Position numbers and translations under genes: made by a program
Assembly: GCA_013265495.1 (NCBI GenBank)
Contig: MU057560.1
Span: forward strand, 444,753-508,752
From: Vicugna vicugna
Taxonomy: Eukaryota
Direction: 5' to 3'
DNA length: 64,000 nucleotides
Part shown: in pieces, positions 13,020 to 25,680 of the stretch
Layout of the letters: every line of letters begins with the position of its first letter
Numbering within the stretch: the first letter of the stretch is position 1
Notes under the pieces: generated by a model
What the model was told of the DNA's origin: nothing
What the model saw: only the letters and a program-made list of their open reading frames with translations
Databases searched by the model: none

Positions 13020-13068
13020 AAAAAATAATAAAAATTAAAATTAAACAAACAAACAAACAAACAAAACA
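13020..13068. repeat. A-rich / (AAAC)n simple repeat
   Basis: aaaaataataaaaattaaaattaaacaaacaaacaaacaaacaaaac. Confidence 0.85.
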
Positions 13069-15699
13069 GTGTCAAGATCCTGGCGGGGCTGCTGGTGTGA
13101 TCAGGGATGAGGCGCTGACTTTCCATCCAGGCCCCGCCCCTCCCCCGCCGTCGCCAGGCACAGGGCTTACAAACGCGCCTTCATCTCGGCCGGGGAAGTG
13201 GTGCCACAGCTCAGGTACCCACTGGGCTTTTCTTTGCTTCTGACAGAAGGGATACAGAGTTTATATTTAAAGAAAGAAAAATGAAAGGGTTTTCTGAATC
13301 TCCGACAGAAAATGGCGGGCCTTTTTCATGTCCCACTCAGGCTGGATCTTCGCAGAAGGGAACCTGGCAGCCTCCGCAAACAAAGGGGGCTCTGGGCAGA
13401 GCTCTTCCTGTGAAGGTCAAGGTTTTATTTATAGTCACGTTCCATTCAGAAAGAATAAAGAATCAATACAGACACGAAGCTGACATCCGTCGTCCACAGG
13501 CCCTGGTATTTTCAAGTGCCACACGGAGGGGCTTCCTGCAGAGCAGTGTGGTCCCTGCGCACACGGTCTCCACGGTCGGTCACCGCATCCCGGATGCAGA
13601 ATTCATCCTGCTTATGCTTTGCTATGTTTGATTCACTCGAATGTACTGGCCGTTCTCCCTGCCCTACAACATGTTAGTAGCGTCACACATCGCAGGGACT
13701 TCTAACACTGCGTCTTCCTCTCCAGGAGTCCCCTGGTTACAGGGGCGGAGGGTCATGCCATGTGTACTTAATGGGACTTACGAGCTGCCCGGGACCAAGG
13801 GGCTCCATGGCTGAGACGGCCCGTAATCGCGCCGGGCGGGGGCCGATTCCGGCTCCAGCAGCAACAGCAGGGAGAGGCCACGGCCTCTTCTCTGGTCACG
13901 TGTTCCACCGCAGTGACATCTTTCAGACTATTACCTGAATGGTCCATTAAGCATATTGAAGATGAGGCAGAATCCTTCAGCCAGACAGAACACTTTAACC
14001 TCTTTTTATCCTTGGATTTTTACTCCCACAAAGAAGCCATCAGGCTACGGTAAGAATTCTCTGTACATCACAGGTTTGCATTTTCCTCTTTCTCTGCCCC
14101 TGGCCTCAAAGGAATGTTATGGATTTACACTGGCCATGTTCCCTACACAGAGAAGTGCAGGCGCCCGGGTGGGGCGTCTCTGGCATAAGATGCTGGGGCT
14201 GCTTTTCCTGAAATTTCATTTACGCTGCTGAGATGGATGTGTGCATGTGTCCATATAAATGCAGCAAGGGGTGGAGCATGAAGTTTGCCATTCCCATAGC
14301 TGTTCGAAGCAAGGAGGGCAGTGTGTGTGACGAGCGGGGTCAAAAATACAAAGATGTTGAAAGTGGTACCTCGCCAAGGCCACGCCTGTGAACATCTTCT
14401 GTCCCCCAGGAAAAAGGTCAGCAGGCCAGGGAGTAACGCTGTCTCCCTGACTCACCCCCTGGGCTGCCCTTCCCTCTGTCCCTGCTGTCCCCAAGCCCAG
14501 CCCTGGACGTGGCAGTGTCCCCCGCACTCCCCACCCTCCCCGGCGGAGCCTCACGGCCTGGGTTCCCATGGCAGGCTCAGGGTGGCCAGACAGGTCAAGT
14601 TCACAGAATGTTCACACACATACTTGGAAAACAAGAATCAAGGGCTTTTATCCGGGGTAATCCCCAGTGGGAAAAGAGCCAGAATCGGAGCAGAAAAAGT
14701 AATAAAATAAAGGAAGCCACCTAATCGTCCGCGTTTATTGGCACAGATATGAATCACGGTTCCTGAACTTCAGATGCTGCTGGTAGAGTTCTCTGAGCGC
14801 GTGCAGTCCGGGCGGGGGCTTCGACTCTTCAAGGCGCAGACAGAACGCACCACTGATGTGCTTAAACTCCTGTTAAGGTTTGAGAGCTCTTTTCAGTCTA
14901 ATAAATACTAAAGTAATTATATTCTTAGTAAGCCTCTTATTCTTATTTTAAAGTAAGAATTTTTTTTTCTTATAAAAATCTGTAACTGAAATTTTGGAGG
15001 CTACAAAATATAGAAAGAAAAATTCTAAATTCCATGATCTCAGTTTCCAGAAGAAAAACTGTGAAAACCATTTTGGTATAATATCTTTTTTCCTCCTCTG
15101 CTCATATTTATATATACTTTATTATTATTTAGATCATGCTGAACATACAACTTTCGTTCTATGCTTTTCACACACAACATTATATTATGAACAATTTCTA
15201 ATACATTTTTTTTTGGTTTATTTGTCTACTCGCAGGATCCCAGCTTCATTCTACTCACAGATTGGCTTAAGTGTGAATTCTTGAGAAACGTCATTTGAAA
15301 CTATGTATTTAAGTCAATGATAGACTTTATGCTTCTACCAATTTCTTAGAAATTCCTGGAAGAAAGAAAACATTATTTATATAGATGTATACCGCAAACT
15401 TATGCAATAAATTTTTTTAACTTTTCATTTTCTTCTGGAGATAAATTAGAAATGTATAATTTTAGAGGCATAGGGACTTAGGATACCATTTGATTTGAAA
15501 GCTACCCTCATCCTCAGAGGCTAACTTGTGGCACCTTCCTGCGGCACAGCTGCTTTGGGTGCAGAGCTTGGATGATTTGTGGGATTGCTGGGCTGCACAG
15601 AGAAAGTGCCCAGAATAGCTCTGCAGTCCTGCTGCGTGGGGAGCCTCCAAGACTGCTTCCAGGGATTTTTGTTTGTTTGATTTTTGGTTTTTGGTATTT

Positions 15700-15810
15700 T
15701 TTCCCCCACAGCTCAGGAAACTAAGGTCCAGGAAGTTAACTAACTTTCTTAGGAAAATATAATCCAGAAATAGAACTCTTTCTTCACAGTGTTCTGGTGC
15801 TTTATCTGTG
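15700..15810 (-). mobile_element. MIR fragment
   Basis: cacagctcaggaaactaaggtccaggaagttaactaactttctt. Confidence 0.5.
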
Positions 15811-15964
15811 TCACTGCATAAAATATCTCATAGACTGAAGTGTATTCATCTAAGCATTACATCAGTGCTAATTCTGCTAACTAGAAGTTGACTTAGGTCT
15901 TATAATTTCAGCCCTTCATTGGTTTCCAGGTCACGTAGTCCCCTGATAGTGGGACAACAGAAAG

Positions 15965-16110
15965 AAGCTGGACTGCGTTTAGATGGATCTGGCTTTGAAT
16001 CTCAGCTCCTCCATTTACTGGCTGCATGGTGTCAAGATATTTCATTTTTTGTAGCTTTTATATTTTCAGCCGTAAATATGAAATGATGATGGTGGTGGTG
16101 GTGGTGGTGT
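15965..16110 (+). mobile_element. MIR fragment followed by (GGT)n
   Basis: gatctggctttgaatctcagctcctccatttactggctgcatg...; ggtggtggtggtggtggtg. Confidence 0.6.
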
Positions 16111-17579
16111 AAGTACAGCCCCAGAATTTGTTGTCTAGCCCACCCTGGACACCTTCTAAGTGTTACATTTTCTCCTTCCTACTTAGGGCTGGTTTCTTCC
16201 TGCAGACACAGTAGGTGTGAAAATACTCATGGACGGATGCAGACCTGGGGCAGAGACGACGGATGCTGCCCCAGAGGTTAGTGTGGGGCCAGGGTGAGAG
16301 CTGCTGCCTTGTTGGGCTCCTGACCCGGAATCTTCTCCCATCTTCATGTGACTCTGTATTATTCCTATAAGACAGCGAGAGTCAAGACTCCTAGACGATA
16401 CATTTTTAGTACAAAGTCCGTCAGTTGATAAAAGTATCAGAGTCACTATATAAATTTATTTGACCTTCAAGTTCATATTAATCCGTGGATGCCACATTGC
16501 CTTTTCAACAAAGAGCAAAACCCACTGTAAAGACCAGGTTGCCCCTGGGGAGCAGAGTTTGGACTTCTGCAATCACATCTCCCCCATTTAAGCAGCCCCA
16601 GCATGGGTGTGAGATGCCAGCTAACCTGCTCCTCCAGCCACCCACACGCACCCGTAGCTTGCTGGATCTGACTTTATCAATGGCCTCAGCAACGGCCACG
16701 GCCTTCTGAATGTGTGTCTGATCATCAGCCACATCCACATCCCCTTTCTACTTGGGCCTTTCCTTTTATGTTTTACTCTAATTGAAGGAGGACCTTTCGA
16801 TGAAAGTATCACTTCTCCTGAGAGCAGAAACGGAGGCTGCAGCCCCTCTTCTCTCCCCAGCCCAGGTCCCCCCCTTATGGTGGCACCTTTGTGGGGGGGC
16901 TCCAGCCCCCGGGGCTGTGCCAAGCGCACCACCTCCCCTTACTGGCTCCCCAGACCTGGGTCTGCAAAATGACAGCACAATGTGTCACTGAGGCCAGAAA
17001 AGAGAATTCCGCACATCTTCAGGGCCTTGTGGAGACTCAGGGTCAGAGAGGCAGGAAAGTCCAGGGTCTCTGGTACCCAGAACTGACAGAGGGGAGGTCA
17101 TGCTGATCCCGCGTTGTGGCCCTTTGGCCCCGTGGTGAGGATCACACGTGTGAATACATGAAAACTCTGTGAACGCGAGTGTGAATAACACACACACATG
17201 CGTTATTCAGATTAATTTAGTACCAGAAAATCAACTTCAAAACGCATTAAACTTTTTCAGTGTCCTTAACTTGTTGGGACTTTTCAGGATTTTAGAACAA
17301 ATCTTTGTAGTCAAGTTAAGTGGTTTTCCTAGAGATGGAGAGTCATCCTTGGAAAGTGTTAGTCATACCAGCGGAGCTTTGGGTTTGCCAGACCATTCTG
17401 GCAGACTTAATGCTGGAGATGCAAAGTGAAGTAGTTAGGGATTCCTGAATTTAGACTTGTTTCTGCAATTCTGTAATCTAACTGTATGGCTTCTTGACAT
17501 TCTTGGTCTGAGTGGGTACCAGGCGCCTGACCCAGGCTGCCTGCTGTTTTGTGGTGCGGGACTCAGTGATGTTAAGGAC

Positions 17580-17612
<33 letters not shown>

Positions 17613-17641
17613 CAGACAGAGACAGACAGAGACAGAGAGAG
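17580..17641. repeat. Compound (GA)n/(GAGACA)n microsatellite
   Basis: gagagagagagagacagagacagagacagagacagacagagacagacagagacagagaga. Confidence 0.95.
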
Positions 17642-18689
17642 GGGCCAGCGGGCTCCACAACCCAAGACACGTGGGTGGTAAAAAAATGGACTAAAGACGT
17701 CTGTGTGGAAGCAGGTGAGAATGTCTTTGTTCGTGCCTCCTACTGTCCTGTAACTTCTCAGGAGAAGGAGACACTGGGAGCGAACCTTGCACAATATGGA
17801 AGGCTGTCAGTTGGAATGTCTTCCAGAACTTGGAGTCTGCTCAAATCCATCCTGACACGTCTGCTACTTTACACTCTGTTCATTTGAATTCCCGTTGCCA
17901 TCAATACATATGAGAATTTCTGCAGGCTCCAGAAGGCCTCAGATGCTCCCCGGTGAGACACATCTGTTGAGGTTCTCAGGAAAGATGCTGACTGCTATTA
18001 TGAATATTCCATGGGAAAATGCATTTTATTAAAAGGTTGCTGAGGTGCGGAGGGCACTTGGATCAGTGACCGGTGTGACGTTTGTGTCAATGTCCTCTCT
18101 CAGTTAGCTTTCATACTCAACAGTTCTTTTATTTTTTAAATAATTTAAAAATAAAATGTATTTGCAAAAATAGTTGCACATTCACAAAAATGGCAAAGAT
18201 AATACAGTAGTTAACAGATTTGATTATATAAAAATACTTAAAATAATGGTATGTATACATATGTGCCTGCCATCTGAGCATTGGTCCTCCACCACACCAT
18301 CTCTTCATCATTGCTCTATTTCCCTGCCTTGGGTCAAGCCGCACCGCCTATGCCTGTTGCTACGTCCTGGGAAACGATAGCTTCTAACTGATAACCAGAA
18401 AGTCCCCCGTATCATTACACTCTTCCAGGAAGGTGTCGTCCACCCCTTTGCCCCAACTCAGCCCCGTGTCTCCTCTAAGCAGCCCCCTCTCCACGGAGCC
18501 CTGCGCGGGAGACAGCTGGTTTCCTAACCCCAGCATTTATCAGAAGCACATCCTCCTTGCTCACATTGCACTCATTTATTCTCTCTCTTTTTTCTAACTG
18601 AGTCCTCTTTTAATACAACGTTACAGTCCTCATGCTTTTAACAATTAAGCCTTTTGTTGCTCTGGAACGCTAATTTTCTTTTTGTTAAA

Positions 18690-18845
18690 TTATAATTGAT
18701 TCACAGTGCGGTAGTTTCAGGTGCACAGCAAAGTGATTCAGTTACACACACACATGTATATCTACTCTTTTTCAGATTCCTTTCCATCACAGGTCACCAC
18801 AAGACACTGAATATAGTTCCATGTGCTGCACAGTAGGTCCTTGTT
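18690..18845 (-). mobile_element. Artiodactyl-type L1 3' terminal fragment
   Basis: gtttcaggtgcacagcaaagtgattcagtta...tttcagattcctttcc...aatatagttccatgtgctgcacagtaggtcc. Confidence 0.8.
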
Positions 18846-18848
18846 TTT

Positions 18849-19088
18849 ATTTATTTTATTTATTTTATTTTTTAAAAGATTTTTATTGAGATATAGTCAT
18901 TTTACAATGTCACGTCAAATTCCAGTGTAGAGGACAATTTTTCAATTATACATGAACATACATACATTCGTTGTCACATTCTCTTCCGCTGTGAGCCACC
19001 ACGAGATCCTGTATATATTTCCCTGTGCTACACAGTACAATCTTGCTTATCTGTTCTACTTTTTGAAATCCCAGCCTGTCCCTTCCCA
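18849..19088 (-). mobile_element. Younger camelid-type L1 3' fragment with TSD
   Basis: (TTTTA)n tail, then tttattgagatatagtcattttacaatg...ttccctgtgctacacagtacaatcttg...cccttccca. Direct repeat cttgttttta at 18840-18849 and 19089-19098. Confidence 0.85.
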
Positions 19089-19465
19089 CTTGTTTTTAAA
19101 AAGAGACGTTTACGAATTGGGCATTCAGACACCCCACCCTTGACTTCTCTTCATCACTCTGTCCTGATCTCCAGGGCAGTCCACACGCACGGAAGGTGGA
19201 GAGCCACCGTCAAGCACCCCGTTTCCTCCACCATCCTGGCACCACCCTGCGTGATGTCAGCATCTCCACAGGTGACATCCCCACAGTTTGCTCTCTTGGT
19301 GCCTCGCTGTAATGGACCGTTTTCTCCCTGCCCCAACTCATCCACCTACTTCTATGCTACGTCTTCGCAACCAGTAACCACAGCGCCCGCAGAATGTCTG
19401 TTTTAAACACCCTGCCCTTTGATCCTTACTTCCCACCCCAACAATTCAGGTAGCAGGTCCTCCGG

Positions 19466-19670
19466 TGTTCACCTGCCCAGGCTGCCATCACTACACACCA
19501 CAGCCTGGTGGCTTAGACAACAGAAATTCAGTTTCTCACAGGTCTTCAGCCTCGAATCCAAGATCAAGGCTGCGGCTGGTTCAGGTTCCGGGGAGGGCGC
19601 TCCCCCGGCTCGCAGACAGCTGCCTTCTTGGTAGGACCTCACGTGGCCTTTCCTTGGAGCCTGCAAACAT
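19466..19670 (-). mobile_element. MaLR LTR (MLT1A-D-like), partial
   Basis: ggctgccatcactacacaccacagcctggtggcttagacaacagaaatt...tccaagatcaagg. Confidence 0.85.
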
Positions 19671-22600
19671 TCGCCTCAGAGGAAGAAGTATCAGAACCCA
19701 AGCCTGAGCGTGGGTACTGAGAGAATTAACCCAATGAAACATATGACTAACTCTGCACTTCTTAATTGATTTAAGTAATGATACTGTGGCATGTAATTCA
19801 TGCGGAAGAAGCAAAATTGAAGCTTTCAGGGTAACCAAATAATGGTAGAAAACAGTGTGGTGAACCGCATATAATAGGAGCATTTACACTTGCTGATGAA
19901 GAGGAGGGACCAGGAGATGCTAACACGCATTCATACAGTGTGAGGAAAAAGGGAATTTCAGAGCTACCGAGGTGGGACCCGGGACTGTATTTTGAGGGCA
20001 CTGACACAGCAAAGACGTATGTGCCTGTACAGATACAGCAAGAAACGGACATGGGACTCAAGAGAGTCCATGAATAGCGGACTACAGAATCTGTTGTATG
20101 AGGTTAATACAAACTTAAACTGTACAGCTGGGCTGACTGGCCCAAGAAAACACACAAAAATAGCCTGTAAACCCTGGGAAGATGATCTCAAGGAGGAAGA
20201 GAACTGCTTGACTTGCTGTATAATTAGTGACTGCATCTCCCCTGTCACAGTGATTCACACGGGCACCAGTGATTCATACTTACTCTGCTTGTCTCCAGTA
20301 TGGATCTGGAGATAAACTGAAGAAAGGGAAATTCTAACTTGCAATAAAAGGAATTTTCCAAACAAGATAGACTCTTAAGGAACCAGCATTGTTATTAAGC
20401 ATTCATGCCGATTCTTCTTCCTCAATACTTACTGTGTCTGACGGTTTTGATCTTCCCAGTGACGGATGGGTTTTAGGAAGTTGAGGCTGCAAAAGAGCTG
20501 AGCGATCTGTCGAAGACTCTCCGTGTTCCTGGCACAAATTCAATTCTGGAATTTCTAGTTTAGCCTTCACTTTCATGGCTGACACTTACTAATGCTGGGG
20601 CCATTAAAGCATGATTTCATGAAATCCCTAAAATGTATGGAATCACGATCTGTAAATATAATCCAGGAAGAGTATTTGCAAAAGGTCCAACAATATGACC
20701 AATGCTTTGCAAGGGAAGGAATAGATACAATTGTTCCTTTCTGGCGTGTTGAGTAGATTAAAATTCAGCCAGGAATGCGAGATGCATGCACACAATTGAG
20801 AAAATTAAAGAAACATTAAATGTAACATGTTTAATTGAAAATCAGCAATAAGATACAGCAGAACAGAACACACTTTACTTAGCTCAAATCTCGAGACTCA
20901 CATTCTGCACCATTGCCTCCCAGGTCTGCGACTCCCTTCAGCAACGTGTCTCAGTTTCTTCCGTGGACAACAGGTCTCTGTGAGAGTAAGTGGGCTGACC
21001 CGTGTGACGTCCACCGGGTAGTACGGGATGGCTGAGTGACCCTGACCACTGCCCTCAATCTTCCCCAGATTCCATATGGCACCCTGAGGGCTCACCATCC
21101 CCGATTCACAGTCCAGTTTGGAGCCAAATGAGGGCTAGACACAGGAGCCAGACAGCTGGGGAGTTTATGACAAAGGGCGTCTGGTGGGAAGGTTTGGTTA
21201 ACATGGGACCAAACGCACTTGCCAGCATTCCTGCCCGACTCCCCTCCGCTGAGGCAAATCCAGATCTGGGAGTCGCCAGCTGAGCAAACTCAGTGGGGAG
21301 ATTTGGGTCTGAACAGACACACATATGGAGGGAGACTGCATCCCACTGTCTCAGAAGGAAACGGAAGAAAAAGAGTCCAAACTCTTCAGCAATAAATCTT
21401 TCAATAGTGACTTTATCCAGTTAAGAAAAACGGATCCAGTCCTGCCACGACCAACCAGTTCAGAGAACACGCTTTCCTCCACTGGGAGGAGTGAGTGAGG
21501 AGCGGCCAAGAAGCTGGGAAGGTCACTCTGGGGGGCGTCCCTCTTCCTGGCAAGGTGCGTGGGGCAGGAAATTAAGAATTTAACCAGCAAGCTTCATCAG
21601 TCTTCCTGTCCCTCAAGCCGTAGATATTGCCTTAGCTGTGATCGCGACCTGTCTGCACACCCACACCAGACCGGGCTCTACCCTCACGGCCATTCGTCCT
21701 CCCGTCATCCTCACATCCTGCAGGACCACCAGGCAGGCTCAGCTTTCTGTGCCTGGTGGTTAATCTCCTCCTTACATTTTCTACTTATTTTCAGGCCCTT
21801 GTGAACACCCTCCCACCTCTGCTTTCATAGCCCTTCTTCATTTCTGTGTTTAACCAGTTCCTCCATAATTCCTCCCCAGCTCAGGCTCGAAAAGTATCTT
21901 TTTGGCTCTTGTTTCCTTTGCTTCTCAGTAGAAAGCACTTACAATGCTTGTTACACCACGGTAGCCCCTGAGCCACAGGAGCTGTGGTAATAGTCACATT
22001 ATTATTACTCACAATGCACCGAGCACTGCATGAAACAGTCCATCTGTGCTGTTTACCACTCATTCTCCACCACACCCTACAATGAAGGGGGCTCCTTCAG
22101 GTCCATGGCGAGTTCAGTGAAGGTCGGCCGTGTAAGCTAGGCCCGAGTCCGGGGGGTGGGAGGCCCCCCTGAGGGAGACAATAAGGCACCCCTGGTCCTA
22201 GAGAGCGTCTGGTCCTTTCCTCTCGGTGCTGGCGAGGGGCTTCATTCTCGTGGGACTTGGAGGTCCTACCTGCCAGGACTGTGGCTAAGCAGTCTTTGTT
22301 CATGTTGGGTTAGAACCCAGGCTTTCTGGCTCCTGGGTCTTGGGAACACGCTTTGATAGTGGAGAGATGGACAGAAGCAGTGTAAACAGCGTAGTAATGT
22401 GGTCGGTGCTTCACAGAGACTCCCAGTACCTGGACCATCTTGCACGTGCCACTAACGCCGTGTGACAGTTACTTCCAGCCATCTCTCACCCTCTTACGTG
22501 GACAGATGTTGAATTCTGTGCATTTTGAAAAAATAAATGTCTATGTTTTGTCTTGTTTTGCTTTAAAGAATGAGTCTTGGTTTCAGCTGTATAATTAAGA

Positions 22601-25534
22601 AGTTCTACATGTATCAAAAATCAACTTTATTTATTATAATTAGTTTATTCCTCTGAAGACTATTAAGCCGGTTGACTCTACAGTGGTCACAGTTGAAATG
22701 GATTGTGCCGGGTAGGGTCTCGCCAGAGCTAAATGAAAAAGAAGTCACACAGACGAACAAGTCACTGATAAAGGTTCGCACACGTTTACTGTCTGACCAG
22801 CGTGGCGGGCCCCTCGGAGAGTCAGGCTGGGAGGGGACCGGGCATGTGGCACTCACGCTTCATTGCCCGTGAGAGGAGACTGGATAAGGCATCTTAAAGA
22901 CAGTTTCCCGGCAGCTGCAAGGGGTTTTTTTCTGTACACTCATTTACGTAGTTAAGAGACAAGTAAGTGAATCTTCATTCTCAGTCCACCAGCTAGCAAG
23001 TGTCAGACTGCAGCCCCGCTCCCCTCGCGCAGGAAGGGAATCCTCCACACGGCAGATCGCGTTCTTTCTTATGGGTGCAGGTGCACCCACGGCAGATTCT
23101 GGCAAAGAGAGTGATTTTCATCCCGGGACAAGCCTGCCTATTTCTTCTGCTTCCTCTTGCTCCTGCCCCCCAGTGGGGACAGCGGGAACGAGACGAATCA
23201 CCGTGGCTCTAACCCAGCCCCCAGCCCTTTAGTCATGATTCATTCTGACAAGGGAAGTTTCAAAGCAACAAGTAAAAGATGATAAACAACATCCATCATT
23301 GCATAAAGGAGTCAGGCTAAAAGCTTTCTGTCACGATTAGTAATACTGTTTAGTTTTCAGCTTCCCCTTTGCATTGCATTAGTGGCAAATGTGACATTCT
23401 GAGAGCAACCCAGGTTTGGAATGGAATACCTGTGGGATCGTGGTTTGGGATGAAACTGTTCTCCACGGTGGCTGCCCTGCCTCCAGCCCGTGGAGCAGCC
23501 CCCGAGACCCGCTGAGGCCCGCGGTGGTGCCGGGAACGATGAAGGCCACCAAGACCCCACGCCTCACCCTTGACCTATTTCTGACTCCCTTTACCTACCC
23601 AGCTCCCTGCTCATGTTTCTGGAAAGCTGACCTGAGTCTCCCTGGAGCCCCTGTGTGTGCACGGCACTTCCCCAGAGCTCAAACGTTGGCTTTTGCTTCA
23701 GGTCTTGTCCTGTCTGGATCCCCAGACTCTTGCGGTCCCAGACACCTGGGGATGGAACATTCCACTTGGACCCGCAGAAGCTCACCTCTAACCCAACACA
23801 CATGGCTTTCATAAGGCTCCGTCAGTTGACAGTCACTATTGGAGGAAAATAATTTCATGGCATACCAGCTTTACACGCCCAATGTGGACTTTAAAAGCTC
23901 TTATATGGAGTCATTCACAACACTTTTACTTTCCCAGAAATTCTACCATTAATCCTCTGTCCACTCAGGCTGTCCATTTTTCACTTCTTCCATGAGCAGC
24001 ATTTCACATCTCATGCCCAACAAGCATTTCTATGCTTTGTGGTCGAATTCAGCCACAGTGATTCCCACACATAAGAGACTTTTCTTGCAAAATAATTAAC
24101 ACACAATGTGCTTGGTTCTCAGAACCAAGGAGGGAGGCAGGCACATCCCCGGAAGAGAGTCCTGGCGTCAGTCCCGGAGTCCACACTGAAATAATGATCC
24201 AAGGCTGTGCTCCTGCCCCAGAGCAGTTCCTTTATAGTCAAAGAGCCGGAATGATAGCGAGGAGAGAGTGTTAGGAGGCAGGATTTATATACACATTTTT
24301 TCTTATTTTGCTGATGAAGTAGTTGAGGATTAAGAATGCTGCAGACTCATCCCCAAAATTAGACAGCGTGTTAGGGCCAGATCTAGACGCTGAGTGTCTG
24401 GTGCCGTAGCTGCTTGTCTGGATGGTCTCAGTAGGTACAGCTGTCACTCATGGGTCTCTCCTCCCTGGTCAGTGAGCTGAGCTTCTCCCAAGTGCCTTCA
24501 GGCTCCAAACGAAGCAAGTGAAGGCAAGACCCAGGGGCAAGCACTTCTCATGTCTGTGTCCCATTTTCCGATGTTCAGTGGTCCAAATGAGCCTCAGGGC
24601 AAGCCCAGACTCAAGGGGTAGAGGCAGTGACGTGACCACATTTGCAGACTCTCTACCACATCCGTTCACGGCCCTGATGCCGATCAGCTGTTGCTGCTGA
24701 TCCGGGCCGTCAGCCCTACGCAGGGCAGTGCGGGTCTTGCAGAGGGGCTTCCTAGACGGGAACCGACCTTGTGAAGACAAGCTGTGAAGAAAACAGAGAC
24801 TGAAGCAAAAGAAAATAGGGTGAAATGATGGATACGCTGAAACGGGTTAATAGACAAGGAAAGAACTCCAGAAGGTTGGCCTCCCTGAGGGAGCGCAGGG
24901 GTTAGCTGCCCCTGATTATTTGTGCTTGGTTGGACTTCCCTAATAGTTTTGCGTGGCGCTAGCCTGACTGGTTAATTTGTTAAAGGAAGCTCTGTAGAGG
25001 TATGTGCGTGTGCGCGCACGTGCGTTTGTGTTTGTCTGTGGGCAAACAGCTAGCTCCTTCAGGGACAACACCCTTACTGCCTCCTCCTCAGCATCCGTGC
25101 TGCACTCGAGGGTCTCAGGGTATCCCCACGTGCGGCCTCTCACTGGATCCTCACGGCGGCCCACGGGGAAACCACCACCCCCGTGACGCTAGAGAGGAGG
25201 GCTGAGAGGCAGGACCGCGGGAGCCAGCTGGGGAACAGGACGCGTGTTTTGGGTACTGAGAATGTTATCAGCTTCAAAAGAGCGTCAGAGAAGACAAGGC
25301 TAGGACTTGCTTGATGTCACTTCAGGCCTTTACAGTGACCGAAGGACAGCTTCCGTCAGGCCAAGCCTACGCTCCAGCGGCTCTCAGGCTGTCACCCTGT
25401 GGTCCAAACATAAAGCAGATCGAAAGTAAACCAGTGCTAGGTGACTTTTTAAGACAGATTCCTTTAACTAAATCACTTCTTCTTACACAGGGACAGACCT
25501 ATAAGACAGTAGCCTCTTTAAAAACTAGATTCGG

Positions 25535-25680
25535 GGGCACAGGGGACTACATTCAGTAACTTATAATAGCCTATTATGGAAAAGAATGTATATAAAGATA
25601 TATGCACAACAGAATCACTATGCTGTACCCCAGAGATTAACACAACATTGTAAACTGGCTACACTTCAGTTAAAAAAAAA
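25535..25680 (+). mobile_element. Artiodactyl-type L1 3' terminal fragment
   Basis: gcacaggggactacattcagta...gaatcactatgctgtacccc...aacacaacattgtaaa followed by a poly(A) tail. Confidence 0.85.

Noticed and set aside
17715-17761. GT...AG mini-intron
   Set aside because: At 47 nt it is below the usual minimum for mammalian spliceosomal introns
21360-21430. FLNWIKSLLKD as a CR1/L2 reverse transcriptase remnant
   Set aside because: Too short, with no flanking RT motifs
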